A DNA stretch of 64,000 nt from Lytechinus pictus. Lineage: Eukaryota. Shown one piece after another: positions 1 through 14,187 of this stretch. Made by a program: the position numbers and the translations under genes. Within the stretch, counting starts at the first letter, position 1. Each line of letters starts with the position of its first letter. The stretch is taken from the NCBI RefSeq assembly GCF_037042905.1, contig NC_087252.1, forward strand, positions 21,206,001 to 21,270,000, read 5' to 3'. Below the pieces are notes generated by a model. It did not search any database. It was given only the letters and a program-made list of their open reading frames with translations, and had not been told where the DNA came from.

Positions 1-241
1 TTTCACTTATATTGAAGGAGGGAGAAAAAAACAAGATTGATAAATAGATCTAGATAGATAGGCATATGTATAGTAAGATAATATATATATATATATATAT
101 GTATATAGATATATAGGTAGATAAATAGATAGATAGATAGATAAATAGATAGATTGATAGATGGATAGAAATGTAGATGGGGGGGGGAATAACTGAAGAA
201 ATTAAATCCACCCTGCAAGGGGACACAGCTGATATACTCAC

Positions 242-505
242 GGGCCGTTGAAGCTAGCTTGGACGCCACCACTCCTCTATCTGTGCGCAGCGTCAGGTTA
301 TACATCTGGAACGGTTCTAAGCCTGTTAGGTTAATCCTGTTTATGTCATTCCTCTCCTTGCAGTCCTGACAGTTACAAGGAACCGTTGTATTCAAGATAT
401 TAGAGGACGCATGGCTGTAGTAACAGTATTCAAGAGTAACGTTGTCAACGTCCCAAGAAAGGGTGAGACTGGACGACGTCACGTTTTCAACCTTAATTTC
501 GCCAG
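242..505 (-). CDS. Fibronectin type III exon; gene continues beyond the left edge
   Basis: AGEIKVENVTSSSLTLSW...INLTGLEPFQMYNLTL has FN3 hallmarks; AG acceptor, GTGAGT donor; 264 nt, phase 1-1. Confidence 0.8.
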
Positions 506-1702
506 CTAGGCCCGAATCATGTAAAAAAAAAAAAAAAATCCGTGACTATATTTTGTACTTAAAGTTACAAATGTAATGACTAAAATGATATTCATTATTT
601 GTTTGATTCTTTCTCCTGACAGAAAAAGGTTGATTTTCTTCTTTGAAGAACGACCAATACTGTTTTATTTTGATGAATGTTTATAAGAAAACTAGTGATA
701 TGTTAACCAATTTTTATTTTTATTTTACAAAGTGGATTTTCCCTTCCAGGCCAAATACATGTACAAGAGATCCCGCAATGACATATGAGTTGGCAACCAT
801 ATATTTCGAATTAATTGGTGTTTATATAAATGATAGACATCGTTTGCTCTTTTACAGGAAATTGCACATTTTTATAACCTTTTGTCAAACTATGGCAAAA
901 CACAGGGGGGGGGGGTAAAAGAAATAAAGTTCAATTGAATCAACCGATGATAATATTAATCACATGCAAAGCATTAAGGCGAATATCATTATAGTAAAGA
1001 ACCTAATATAAGTCAGGAAAGAACATCAACAAACTAATAATTTCGCCAGTTTATAGTATTTACACTATCTATTGCATCATGCATCATACAGATTTTTCTT
1101 CTTTAAAGCTTGTAAATTGTTGGCGATTAGAAAAATAATTAACGAACCAGTCGTGCTGTATTCCCCGCACGCCATAGTGATTCAGTTTATGCAAAATGAT
1201 TTTATGACTTAAAGTGCCCACTGCCTTACTTAAATCAATCACTAGAGTAAACTATCTTTTAATCTAGGAAACAGAATTAAACGGCTACATCATCCAACGA
1301 AACCGACCACTAAGGAATAACGTAATAGCTTCGATTGGCCTGGGTTCGGTTGGTTGGTGTAAATGTAACGTTCGCAAGAAAGGCAAGCCTAAAACACTTC
1401 CATTTTAAGAAATGGCAGGTTGATTTATGAATAAAGCTTGTACGCGATAGGATTAATTTTTTTGGTTTAATCTCTAGTACGTGTAATAGATTGTAAACTT
1501 TGTAAACTTATGTCTTTCAATTGTTTTCATGTTCTCTCGTTCTTTTAGAAGCTTTGAATAGAGACATAAAGAGAGAGAAAAAAAAGATAGACATGCCTAC
1601 TTATCGTTTCTCGAATTCATGAATTTGACAGTTGATTAATATTCTTTTGCACTGTATACTTTATAGGCCTTGTATGATTTGAACTGCGAACGTATAACTT
1701 GC

Positions 1703-2011
1703 CTTTGATGTTCAATGTTACAGATGCGTTTTGGGATTTCGAAACATTTGCAACAAGAAAAGACACTCTGCATGTCAGATTCTTTCCGTGATTTTCCATC
1801 GGGATGAAGGAAAGAGAACTGGTTGCGTTGAATAGACTTGAACTGTTGTCTGGTATCCTGTGAAAACACGTGTCCCTTGTAAGGCTCACTTCATCAGGCC
1901 ACAGGGACCATTCGATGGTAGTGATAGGTGAAGGACAAACGTTGTAGATTGAGCAAGTTAGAATGGCAGCCTTCCCAGCGACCAAATCACCATTGCCTGA
2001 TATAAACGGAC
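1703..2011 (-). CDS. Ig-domain (C2/C1-set-like) exon
   Basis: Acceptor ttgtctgtctctAG; GPFISGNGDLVAGKAAILTC...IEW...SSLSFIPMENHGKNLTCRV...VTLNIK; 309 nt, phase 1-1; donor AAG/GCAAGT (GC type). Confidence 0.8.
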
Positions 2012-2159
2012 CTAGAGACAGACAATAAAACCAAGAATGTTACTTTTTTTTTCAAGGCCCCCTTGGAAATAACCATTTCGGTTTTCATGGGCTATCCTGC
2101 CAAGGTACTTTGACGCGTTTGATCTTATTCCTTATGTGGAATGTCATACCAGGCGATTA

Positions 2160-2231
2160 AAATCAATCAATCAATAAATCAATCAATCACTCTTTCAATC
2201 AATCAATCAATCAATCATCAGCAATCATCAG

Positions 2232-2264
<33 letters not shown>

Positions 2265-2390
2265 TATCTATCTATCATCAGCAATCAATCAATTAATCAA
2301 TCATCAACAATCATCAGCAATCAATCAATCAATCAATAAATCAACCAACCAACCAACCAACCAACCAACCAACCAATCAATCAATCAGTC
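2160..2390. repeat. (ATCA)n/(ACCA)n microsatellite
   Basis: Directly visible tetranucleotide arrays. Confidence 0.9.
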
Positions 2391-2869
2391 AACACGCGTG
2401 GAATATATAGTTTGTGACTTTGTGTGTGTTCTGTCAGTGGATGGCAAAACGATTTTTCTTAATATGGATCAATTGTAATTCGAATTGTAATTGAGTATCT
2501 GAATGTAAACACGAGTCGACCCAAGTCCAATTTGTGGATAAATTGAGGTAAATATGGAAAATTGTTCCTTATACAATTACTCATCTTGTCTATGAATTAT
2601 ACATTTGAAACCATCTCAGAAATGCCTTAAATAAAGGAGGAAAATCTGGTATGAGTATAAGAAAAGCCCAAGTCCAGGACTTGGGCTTTTCTTACATTCA
2701 TAAGCCCTCTCTCATTACTTCTACTACTTACTACAGAAGTCTACCTTGTATTTGAATGAAAGTATGACCCAAGTCCATGTGATTCTAAAAACGACCCAAG
2801 CTTACCAGACAAAAGGCCCCGCCTACAACGTGAATATTAATTTTCATAAAAATGTAGGCCTTCTCTTAA

Positions 2870-3264
2870 AGAGAAATTCCAGTAGTTGCAGTAAACACTG
2901 ATTTCATGAGAAAGTCTGTAAAACCAGGCTTAATTGTCAGTATATCATCGAGGATCTAGATCTGGTACAGTTACATAAACTGAACTTTGTGAAATCTTGA
3001 AATCTACGCTGAAAAATGTTCAGACTGAACTTCCCCAACACAGATAAGCGCACATGGGACTGTGTATAATTATTGCTTTGAGCGTCGGGCCCGACGCTCT
3101 ACCCAAATCCTGTGCTTATTTGCTGATTTCTCAGCAATTACACAATTTCTTCCAGAATCCTTTGGCACATGCGTTTTATTTATACAAACAGACACTTTGG
3201 TGGTCATTTCATTGGATTCTGTACGAACTCATTTTGATATCGTTACCAAAACTAGCATTTACCT
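2870..3264. mobile_element. Non-autonomous TTAA-flanked DNA transposon (Kolobok/piggyBac-like)
   Basis: TTAA|AGAGAAATTCCAGT ... ACTAGCATTTACCT|TTAA; imperfect TIR with AG..CT ends. Confidence 0.65.
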
Positions 3265-4179
3265 TTAAATTTGTTTTACGATGTTCTCTGATGTATTTTG
3301 GCCAAATATACCTTAATTGCCCTAATCAAAAATAATTTTAAAAAATCATTTTTTTTTCGATTTTCTTGAAATGACCTCGTATGGACTTGGGCTTTTTTAT
3401 AATCATTTACTTAATTGTAATTTGATGATGAAATTAATCAAAATGAAAGAGAAACTCTAGGATAAGTACGGCCATTTAGATACGGTGACATTGGCTGCCA
3501 AGCTATTCGTTCATTATGTCATTAATCATGAATTTAAGCTAATATCTTAGATGGTTTTATTTTCCCCCGAAATGAACTTATCGGATAAAGAGAGGAAAGT
3601 TAAAAAACCCAAACCGAACGAGAAAGGATTTTAAAAATGCGGGCAACAGAATCACTAACATAAATGAATTAACTCTAATAAAACTAAATATCATTTCGCA
3701 ATGTCATGTCAAGATTCGCTCGAGTGAAACTACTATCAGGCTGAATTGATTTTAAAAAAAAAGTCATAAAAGCGCGATCAGCCATAACAATAACGCTGGT
3801 GAATCAATTCGCGGGAATAATGGGAATCCCCTTAATGTTCAAAGTTCACCTCATGAATATTCAAATAGGAATCGATATGAACATAATCCTCGCTAGCGTT
3901 ACTTGGTGACATCATGTTTTTTTTCAAACTTTTGATTACATTTTCTTTCCTGGTACTTATTAACCTTCAATTCAGGGTTATTAATCCTCAATAAAATGCC
4001 TTAGACCTGTGGAATATGTCAAGGAAAGTCATATGAACAAATATGGCAGATTATATTCACATAATAGGCAATTCAAAAAGCTAACCATCAATAACATTTT
4101 GAACGAAACCATGTCCCTTTATAAACTTTGTCTGATCTCTTCCTGGTGGCGGTCGAGGAGATCGGCTGTTAATGGCATA

Positions 4180-7100
4180 TAGTCCGGGGGCTGGGAGAGT
4201 TTATTCAGCTGATCGGGTACAAAAGGTTTGATGGTCCCATCATGTTGGCATGAAGGCAGTGATCAAGGAAAAGTGTTGCTGCCGGGCCATATCCTGTACA
4301 GAAGACCCTGATGGCCCCAAATAGGGGCCCCAAAAATGAGTTTATTCAGCTGAAAAGGTACATGGCTAATTCTTTTTGCAATGGACCGAGTATACATTGA
4401 GATTTTCAAAAATACCCATGCCAGCAACTTTATCCTGTACGGGGGCCCAGACAGTAGGCCCAAAGGGCCCCCGAAAATGGGTTTATTCAGCTGAAAAGGT
4501 ACATGGCTAATTATTTTTGCAATGGACCGAGTATACATCGGGATTTCCCAAAATACCCATGCCAGCAACTTTATCCTGTACGGGGGCCCAGACAGTAACC
4601 CCAAAGTGCCCATATATCCTGTATATGTCCCACAACTAATTTATTAAGCTATAAATGTACATGGATAATTCCTTTTGCAATGGAGGCAGTATACATTGGG
4701 ATTTTCAAAAATACCCATGCCAGCAATTTTATCCTGTACAGGGGCCCAGACAGTAGGCCCGAAGGGCCCCCCGAAAATGGGTTTATTCAGCTGAAAAGGT
4801 ACATGGCTAATTTTTTTTTCAATGGACCGAGTATATATTGGGATTTCCCAAAATTCCCATGCCAGCAACTTTATCCTGTACAGGGGCCCAGACAGTAGCC
4901 CCAAAGGGCCCATATATGTCCCACAACTAATGTATTCAGCTGAAAATGTACGTGGATGATTCCTTTTGCAATGGAGGCAGTATACAATGCGATTTAAAAA
5001 GAAAACTCTTGCCAGCAACTTTATCCTGTATAGGGGCCCAGACAGAAGGCCCGAAGGGCCCCCGAAAATGGGGTTATTTAGCTGAAAAGGTACATGGCTA
5101 ATTCTGTTTAAAATTGAATCTGCATACTTTAAGGCTCACAAAACTACCCATGCCAGCAAATTTACCTTGTATGGGGGCCCAGACAGTAGCCCCAAAGTGC
5201 CCATATGCCCCACAACTAATTTATTCAGCTAAAAATGTACACGGATAATTCCTTTTGAAATGGAGGCAGCATACAATGGGATTTTCAAAAATACCCATGC
5301 CAGCAACTTCATTCTGCACGGGGGCCCAGACAGTAGCCCAATTGTGCCCCTCCCCAAAAAGTGTATTTTAGGCTGAAGACAGACATGGGTGATTGTTTTT
5401 GCAATGGAACTTGCATATACTTTGGGGTTATATAAATGTCAATTCCAGCTGATTTACCATGTATGGGGGCCCAGATAGCAGCCAAAAAGGGAACAGATGT
5501 CTAACACCTTAATTTGTTTGGCAGAAGTGATGCATGGATATAATTTTTTTGGATGGAATTTGTATGCACTTAGCTAAGGTTTCTAAAAATACCAATGCCA
5601 TCAAGTTTATTCTGTATGAGGACCAGACATGCAGTCGACCCCAAAAGCCCCAAGGATAATAAGTATACATGGATAATTAATTTTGTAATGTAATCAGTAT
5701 ACCTTGGTCCTTATTTCCAGTAATATATGCCTAAAAGGGGCCCAGTGTGCAATATATAGGCCTATAGTTTCAATTTGGGATAACGAATATATGCTTGGAA
5801 CTGGCGGAAATGCCTACACTTGATTTACTGGGCTGAAGACATAGAGGGGTAGTTAGGCCTATTTACATAATTACATTATAAGTGAGGGCTTACAAAATAG
5901 ATTGAAACATGCATAATCTTTCTTGAACTGATATAATGACAGTAGCATCAGCGAGCGCGCAGAATGGCGTGTCCCCAAAAACCTCTGTCAAGTGGTTTGT
6001 AATTATCACAAGGGCTATGGATATGGGAGTATATTGCCGTGTGCCTAATGCTAACATCTATCCCTTTTGGTGATTACAGTTAAAGGCCCGAATATAGTAG
6101 AATTGTATTTTGATTTATTAACCTGAAAGGTGTGATATTTGCCAAGGAAGAGAGGACCTCTCTTCCTCTCATTTTGGTTACTTTTCTTTCCATTTCCACT
6201 TCTATGCATTTCTTCTTCCTCCTTTCTTGTTTTTTTCCTATTTTATCCCTCATAATCTTTTATGTCGCCATCAAAGGTACGAGGCTTCCTCAGCTTCCAA
6301 AATCCAACTACATCTTCCCATATATTTCCCTTTTCATTTTTTTTATTTTGTACGAGACGGCAAGGGCTTTTGTTTAAAAAATTCATTTCTTCCATTTAAT
6401 ATTATTCCTTTCTCTTTTCCCTATTATTATTATCGTCTCTGTATCCTTCTGTTTCCTCAATCACTTTCCTTAATCCAGATATCCTTTTTCTCATTAATCT
6501 TTTATGCTGTCCTTCCTCTATCTCTCTTAGTTTTTATATTTCCTCTCACACTTCCCTCCCCTTTCCTTATCTCCTCTATTTTGTTCACTCTCCCTTTTCT
6601 TTAGTCTCAGCTTCCTTCCTTTTCTCTCCGGATCTCTCTCTCATTTCTCGTTTTTCTCTTCCCCATTCCTTTTCTCTCCCCTCTTCGTTCTTTCTTTCTC
6701 ATTCTTTCTCTCTGTCCCCTTCACTCTCTCTACCATCTATATTCCCCTCCTCATTTTCTCTCTTTTTTCCCCCTTCCTTTTCTCTCCCCTCCTCTAATCT
6801 CTTTTCGTTTTCTATTTCCTCCATTTCTTCCTCCTTTACTTTTTTCTTTCGTTTCCACTTCCTGTCCTTTCCGCTCTCTTTCTCTTCTCCCTCAGTCCCA
6901 TTCCCTTCCCCCTTATGTCCCTTCTCCCTTTCTCTTTCCCCCCCTCTTTTCCCTTCACTTCTTTCCTCTCCGGCTCCCTTTTCCCATAGCCCCTCACCTT
7001 TTCCCTTTTTTCCCTCCCTCTTCCCCTCTCTTCTTTTCCTTCTTATTTCCTCTCATATACCACAGTGACGTAGATCCGGCCTAGCAGTGGGTGATCATAG

Positions 7101-9980
7101 AAATATTGAGATGAAAATTCAAACTTTGGGGGACACCAAAAATAGGGATATTATAAGCGTGTACCTAGCTAATATTACCATCTTTCTCTTGAAGCCTATG
7201 ACGATTTTTAAATACCTATATTATAACAGTTTTCTTAGTAACTGAAGTCGGTATAATATTAGTATGTGGGCGAGCCAAGCAAGGTGGTTTGTAATTATCT
7301 GTCAAGTGGTTTGTAATTATCACAACAAGGGCTATGGATACGGGAGTATATTGCCGTGTGCCTAATACTAACATTTATTACTTTTGGTGATAATATATAG
7401 TTAAAGGCCGAAATAAAATATTATTTTGAATTATTAACCTGAAAGGTGTGGTATTTGCCAATTCTCCCCTTTCTCTCATTTTGTTACTTTTCTTTCTATT
7501 TCCAAGTTTATGTATTTTTAAAACTTCTAAAATTTCTAATCCTGTGCGTCGCCATTTAAGCGACGAGGCTGCTTCAGCCTCCAAGACCCAACTATGTTTT
7601 CCAATTCCCTTTTATTCTTTTTTTTATTTTATATGAGACGGCAAGGGCTTTTGTCAAACAAAAATATATTTCTTCTCTTTATTATCCTTTCCTTTTCCCC
7701 TTTTATATGATCGCCTCTATATCAGTTTGTTTCCTCAATTACTTTCCTTTATCCAGTTATCATTTTTCTCCCCTTCTCTATCTTCTATTCTGTTATTTCT
7801 CAATCTATATTAGTTTTTATATTTCCTCTTTCTCTTCCCTTCCCCTTCCCTCTCTCACCCTATCCTCCATTTGTGTTCACCCTCCCCTTGCTTTTCTCTC
7901 CCTGCTTCCTTTTCTCTTTTCCCCTTACCTTTCCCTCCCTATCTCTCTCCCCTTCTCATTTTTCTATCTTACCTCCCCTTCTTTTTCTCTCCCCTCCCCT
8001 GTTCCCTTCATTTTTTTCTTTTTCCTCCCTTTCTTTCCCAACCCTTCACCATTTTCTCTCCTTTCCACCTCCTATCCTTTCCGCTCTCCCTTTCTCTTCT
8101 CCCTCAGTCCCATTCCCATTTCCCTATTCTCCTTTTTATCCCCCTCTTTTGAGGGGAGGAGGGGGGGCATTTAAGGCCCACTGGATCCACGCATGGCGGG
8201 ACATTGTATCTGGCAAGTGAGGGCAGTTGTGATCATAAAATTTGCATGCATGTTGACTATTATACCACAATTAATGCAATAAATGTTTGGAGAAAATTGG
8301 AATAAAAAACATTTCCTTTTTTTGCATTCGGCCCTGCTGCCACCTTCAAGGTCATCCCTAAGTGCTACTCTCCGTTTGCTGTAATCTTTTTATTACATCA
8401 ACTGGTATCATCTACTGTATCATTTAATTGGTCGTTTTGAGCAACAAGTAATGATTGATTAATTATGAAGTATATAGACATTAATGAAATATGCACAAAC
8501 TTTTATTGTTGATAACTAATGGATGATGCTTGATCATTATTATGTTCAACAGATAGTTTAATCAGTCACATCGGTTTGACTAAAATTATGAGTACAATTA
8601 ACATTTCTCACCTGAGTTGTGGAAGCCACGATGTACAGTATTCTGGAAGCACTGACAAGTAGTTGAAGGCAAATCAGAATAGGCGGCTGTTGCCATTATG
8701 TAATGTCAGACAATCCCAATAAAAAGAAGCTCAGGGCGTGGAGCTAGATTAGCCACAATATCATTTCAGGGGCCATATTGTTTTTGCACAGTAGTCGGCC
8801 CCTCAAACTATTTTGTTTAATCCGCGTGGATATTCCTGAACACTCCCATCCCTTAAATTGTTATCAGTGGAGGCCTTCATGATCTTTTGTATCCCCCCCA
8901 AAAAAAAAAAATATATATATATATAGATAATGCACCATTCTAATGGGCCCTGCATGAATTCTGTCTTGGACCCCACACAGGTAAAATGCTGCCCATGGCA
9001 GGGTAAAGTTGCTGGCATGGGTAGTTTTGTGATCCTTAAAGTATGCAGATTCTATTTTAAAAAGAATTAGTCATGTACCTCATTCAGTTGAATATCCCCA
9101 TTTTCGGGGGCCCTTGGGGCCTACTGTCTGGGCCCCTATACAGGATAAAGTTGCTAGCATGGGTTTTTCTTTTTAAATCGCATTGTATACTGCCTCCATT
9201 TCAAAAGGAATCATCCACGTATATTTTCAGCTGAATAAATTAGCTGTGGGACATATATGGGCCCTTTGGGGCTACTGTCTGGGCCCCCGTACAGGATAAA
9301 GTTACTGGCATGGGTATTTTGGGAAATCCCAATATATACTCGGTCCATTGCAAAAAAAATTAGCCATGTACCTTTTCAGCTGAATAAACCCATTTTCGGG
9401 GGCCCTTCGGGCCTACTGTCTGGGCCCCTGTACAGGATAAAATTGCTGGCATGGGTATTTTTGAAAATCCCAATGTATACTGCCTCCATTGCAAAAGGAA
9501 TTATCCATGTACATTTTTAACTTAATAAATTAGTTGTGGGACATATACAGGGCACTTTGGGGCTACTGTCTGGGCCCCCGTACAGAATGAAGTTGCTGGC
9601 ATGGGTATTTTGGGAAATCCCGATGTATACTCGGTCCATTGCAAAAATAATTAGCCATGTACCTTTTCAGCTAAATAAACCCATTTTTGGGGGCCCTTTG
9701 GGCCTACTGTCTGGGCCCCCATACAGGATAAAGTTGCTGGCATTGGTATTTTTGAAAATCTCAATGTATACCGGTCCATTGCAAAAAGAATTAGCCATGT
9801 ACCTTTTCAGCTGAATAAACTCATTTTTGGGGCCCCTATTTGGGGCCATCAGGGTCTTCCGTACAGGATATGGCCCGGCAGCAACACTTTTCCTTGATCA
9901 CTGCCTTCATGCCAACATGATGGGACCATCAAACCTTTTGTACCCGATCAGCTGAATAAACTCTCCCAGCCCCCGGACTA
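4180..9980. mobile_element. Foldback-type non-autonomous DNA transposon with ~1-kb TIRs built of ~120-bp subrepeats
   Basis: 4180-~5170 is the reverse complement of ~9005-9980 (TAGTCCGGGGGCTGGGAGAG...CTCTCCCAGCCCCCGGACTA); ATA on both flanks; no transposase ORF inside. Confidence 0.85.
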
Positions 9981-10972
9981 ATAGTGAATGACAATCATGA
10001 AGACCGTAACTACATTGTACCTAAACCCAATACCTGTTTAAACACCTATGCAATTTGTGGCGAATGACGCCTTTAACTACTTGAAATTGACTTTACTATA
10101 TATGAAATACTTGGTTTATTCTGCTCATACATTGAATAGCGTGTACAGCCGTATAGGTTGTGGCTGCGGGCCAATGCAAGTCACCGTAGCCGTTAACTGG
10201 TCACCTCTAACCGTCTTTTATTAAAAAAACCTTTTTGGATGAATTATGATTGATAGATTTCTGTCTAATTATTGCACTGATTACCATCATTATATATTTG
10301 GCAATTATGCATGGCATACAAGATAATTGACCCCTGCTTTATTTTATTATGCATTCATTATCTGCAAGCCTCGACGGAAGAAAGTCATCATAATTTTATT
10401 CAACCCAAGCGGTGGCGTAATGAGGGAAAAAACAGGGGGATAATTTACGTGTGGGGGGGATTTCGTAAAGGTCGTATGGGAGTAAAATGTCGGCCTTTTT
10501 ATATTAAAACTATGATTTTAGATTTTCACATAATCTGAAAGAAATCATATGATATTCAGCAGTTTTTTTCCTTTTCTTACATTTTTTCTCCTTTTATATT
10601 TTCCTTTTATTTTGGTTGTGGACCCTTTTTTATTTTTTTTTCATTTATTTAATTGGGGGGGGGGGGGGTAGGTAGGTGACAGAACCCCCAAATCTGTACG
10701 CCATACGCCCTTATGATTTTGTCAAGTAGAGAGAGAGAGAAAAAAAGAAAAGGATAGCAAATAGCGAATGTAAAACATGTAAAATGGTCGCAGGAATGCA
10801 TGAAGGCCTATCACAAGAATGATCTCTACAGATCGCTATCTCGCATGCGAGAGTGTTGCACGGCGCCACGTCCGGTGAGCGGACGCGTCCGCTTTCCGAT
10901 CCGATGCGACCATTTACACAGTCGTGCGCACTTTCTCAGCATTTCGTCAACCGTTGCATATGGATCATTCTT

Positions 10973-11204
10973 CACAGTTAAAAATAATTTAAACAACGCT
11001 GTTTGCTATGTGAATCGAACAATAGTTGTTTAAACAGTTTAAACAAGTGTTTCAAATCTTAAACAACCATGCCTTGACTATTGATAATTAGATATTGGAA
11101 TTTAAACTTTGTTGTTTAAGATTTTAAACACTTGTTTAAAATGTTTAAACAACTACTAAGTGATTCACATAGTAAACAGCCTAGTTTAAATTATTTTTAA
11201 GTGT
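10973..11204. mobile_element. Palindromic MITE
   Basis: ~95-bp imperfect inverted arms (ttaaaaataatttaaac...tgtgaatc / gattcaca...gtttaaattatttttaa). Confidence 0.6.
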
Positions 11205-11783
11205 TTCATTTCACATACCCCTCTCATTTCCCTTCAATTTAATATCTATGTAGGGCACTGTACCACATCGCAAACCACACACTCCTCACTCACTCGCACT
11301 CACCCTCGCACAACCACCCACCCCCACAGCCAGTCTTGAAATAATTTGACAATCAGGAATACACTTTTCAGTAAAACTCCATCGAGGGTGCGTGTCTTTG
11401 CGGTTTCATACACTCAAAAATTTAAAATTCATCAACCAACCAGGCATATATATATTCGGACATAACGTTATCCGGGGACGCGTACGTACGATGTATATAC
11501 ACACGCACAACTTAAGTTAAAGTGACTGACCGGAATCTTTTTATTGAATTTATACATTCACTATTTAAAACGGGTTGAAATGAGCTGAGGAACTGCGTTG
11601 GCATGGTTATATCTGGACCGGGGACGCGTATTCGGCTGTAGGAGTTGTATGACGTCCTCGGTTGATGTGTAATAAAACAATACTTGTAGGTCATTATAAA
11701 CTGCACAAACACACAAACAAACAGTAGAGTGGTGGATGTTTTGTTTTCATGTCTTCGTGCATTTACTTATACCTATTGGAAAT

Positions 11784-11946
11784 CGGGGGAGGGTTTCATG
11801 AGAGGACTTGTCATACGTTTTATCCGACAAGTCCCGTTTTATCCGACAGTTACTATAGAAACCATGCTTCTCAGCCAATCAAAATCAAGTAAAGTTGTCA
11901 GCTCTGATACCTTGTCGGACAAAAATGGTGATGAAACACTCCCCCG
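11784..11946. mobile_element. Small MITE (Harbinger-like ends)
   Basis: cgggggagggtttcat ... atgaaacactcccccg inverted termini. Confidence 0.5.
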
Positions 11947-12133
11947 ATAAAAGGCAAGAAAGGATATTAGAGAATAACCTAACTTACAATATTTATTTAT
12001 TAATTATTATTATTATATATATTTCTTTGCGACAAAATTGATTCAAATTGCCAGTAACGTAAGTAAGCAAAACCCAATAAAAAGTCATCACTATCCCCGT
12101 TAGCACAAACATAATATTGTACATCCATGTATA

Positions 12134-14187
12134 CACAACAAAAAAGTAAGTCCCCCCTAAATCAAATTGCTGTAACTTTTGAACGGAGTTATTTTGAGAT
12201 ATATTCCGTAGGTGGTTTTCTACATTCATTAAGCAACTCCTGGGGGAAAATGAGATTGATCGGTTGAGTCATGCATGAGTAATTAAAGATTGAATTAAAA
12301 ATGACCATTTTTGAAAGTCACAAGAGTTGTGCAAATACAAAGTTGGGCAAAAGTTGTTGTTAGGTGAATTTTGTGGTGTTTATATTATTTTACTATCCAT
12401 CATTTAGCCACTCCACACACAATTTTGATATCGTATATTCATGGTTGAGTGAGCACAATATTGCAGGGGCTGCAGAATCGGGGGGGGGGGGCGGGGGCTG
12501 CCCCCCCACTTTTTTCTAAAAGCATGTACAAAAATGTAAAAATGACCATACGATTGTGATTTTTTGCATAGTCAGCCCCCACCCCCGTTCCGCGGCCCGT
12601 TCCGCGGCCCCTGTATTGTGACGTATCATCAAAGGGGTTTTTGGTAGTATCCTCTACAACTTGTTACGTCATATTAAAATTTGAAAATGTTGGTGGCTCC
12701 CCCAATTATAGGCCCCTCCCCCATTTTTAGATTATGGATCCACCCCTGATTTGTCCATAAAATAAACTGATTGTGAGAAATTGTTAGGAAAAGAATACAT
12801 TTATGCAGTATAAAGAGTATTCATTCCTAAGTTTTTGAATGTGCTCGCTCAACCATGAAAATGTTAAAAGTTCGGAAAGTGTGTGGTGATAGAAATGGTG
12901 GATGATAAAAACAACAGCAATTAAAGTCACATTTGAAACAGAATTTGCCCCCAATATTCACCTTAATACCCTTTAAAATGAGTCTGTGACATTGAAAATA
13001 CCAATTTTCTCACTTTGATGCGTGCTCACTCATCCGTTAATAAACAAATCGATTTCATTTTTGCACAGAATACTTCCCATAGGTTGATAAACATTACTGC
13101 CAAATGACATTGCTGAAGACAGCCTTGAAAAAAAGTTCCACCATATTGAATAAGGGGTTACTTATTCTTAAACATATGCACCCATAATGTACACAATGTC
13201 TATGAGAGAGGAAGTCAAAATTTTAACAAATATGAAATAAGGGGTTTGTTTCATGGACGGTTTTTGTTACTTCTGCCAACATCTATTTCATGAAACTTCG
13301 CACATGGCTTCAGAGTAACACTATCCAAAAGGCGCGCACATCAAAATAACAATTCGATACGGCACAGAGTGGGGCCAAGGCCTTGAACTTTCTTCTCATT
13401 TGCATAATTTTCGAATATTGTGTGCTCACTGATGCATTAAACATTGGGATTTTCATAAAAATCAAATCAAATGAACCATGCAAGGAGGTTTGTGACAGAT
13501 ATCCATAGTTACAAGTTGCATTTTTTCCGATAACGTAAAAAAAAGCTAATCACATTCCACATGTTCATTCAAGCGTGAATGTTTAATTAAACGCCTTTGA
13601 ATCATTGAAGCATGTTAATTGGTCATGAACATAACGAAAAAGTTGATAAAAGATCAGTTTCAGTTACCAAAATGAAACAATACTTGCCTATGATATTTGA
13701 AAATCGTATTTTTTGTTTTCAATAAATGTTCATTGAACCATGAAACGATGAATATTGTTGAAGATACTCTTCCCAAAAATAACTGTCATCATATTCTGTC
13801 ATTTATAGTGATGAAAATGTGTAAAAAATCCAATTATAGCAAATTTGGACTTGTGTTTATTCAACCGTGAAATTTAGCCCAAGAAATGTATCGTCTTTTA
13901 GAAAGTACCTATTACAAGCCTTCTGACTAATTTTCATGATGAGAATGTGGAATCAGTTCCAATAAAATGGAATCAAAGTCATGATTTTTGGCTTGTGACT
14001 TTTGAAAAGTGACATTTCTGCCTTCTGACGGTGCTCACTGAAGCATGACGTAAAATACGTCCATAACATTTACTCAGAGGGTAGCTTATAAAATTACCTA
14101 CACGCTCATGTAAAAATATATCAAAAACTTCCATTGGTTCGGAAATTATTGATGTTTGTTTAAGGGGGGACTTACTTTTTTGTTGTG
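12134..14187. mobile_element. Non-autonomous TA-flanked (Tc1/mariner-like) DNA transposon, copy A
   Basis: TA|CACAACAAAAAAGTAAGTCCCCC ... GGGGGACTTACTTTTTTGTTGTG|TA; closely similar copy at 38518-42041. Confidence 0.85.

Noticed and set aside
6132..8220. F/L/S/P-rich 'membrane protein' ORFs (also 24102-24576, 33653-33979, 45110-45630)
   Set aside because: Artefacts of polypyrimidine low-complexity tracts
8612..8696. Possible exon (ATG GCA ACA...TCA G/gtgag) on the minus strand
   Set aside because: Lies inside the foldback element; no recognisable domain or partner exon
4263..9849. Repetitive ORFs (GPLGLLSGPPYRIKLLAW...)
   Set aside because: They are translations of the TIR subrepeats, mirrored on both strands; no protein signature
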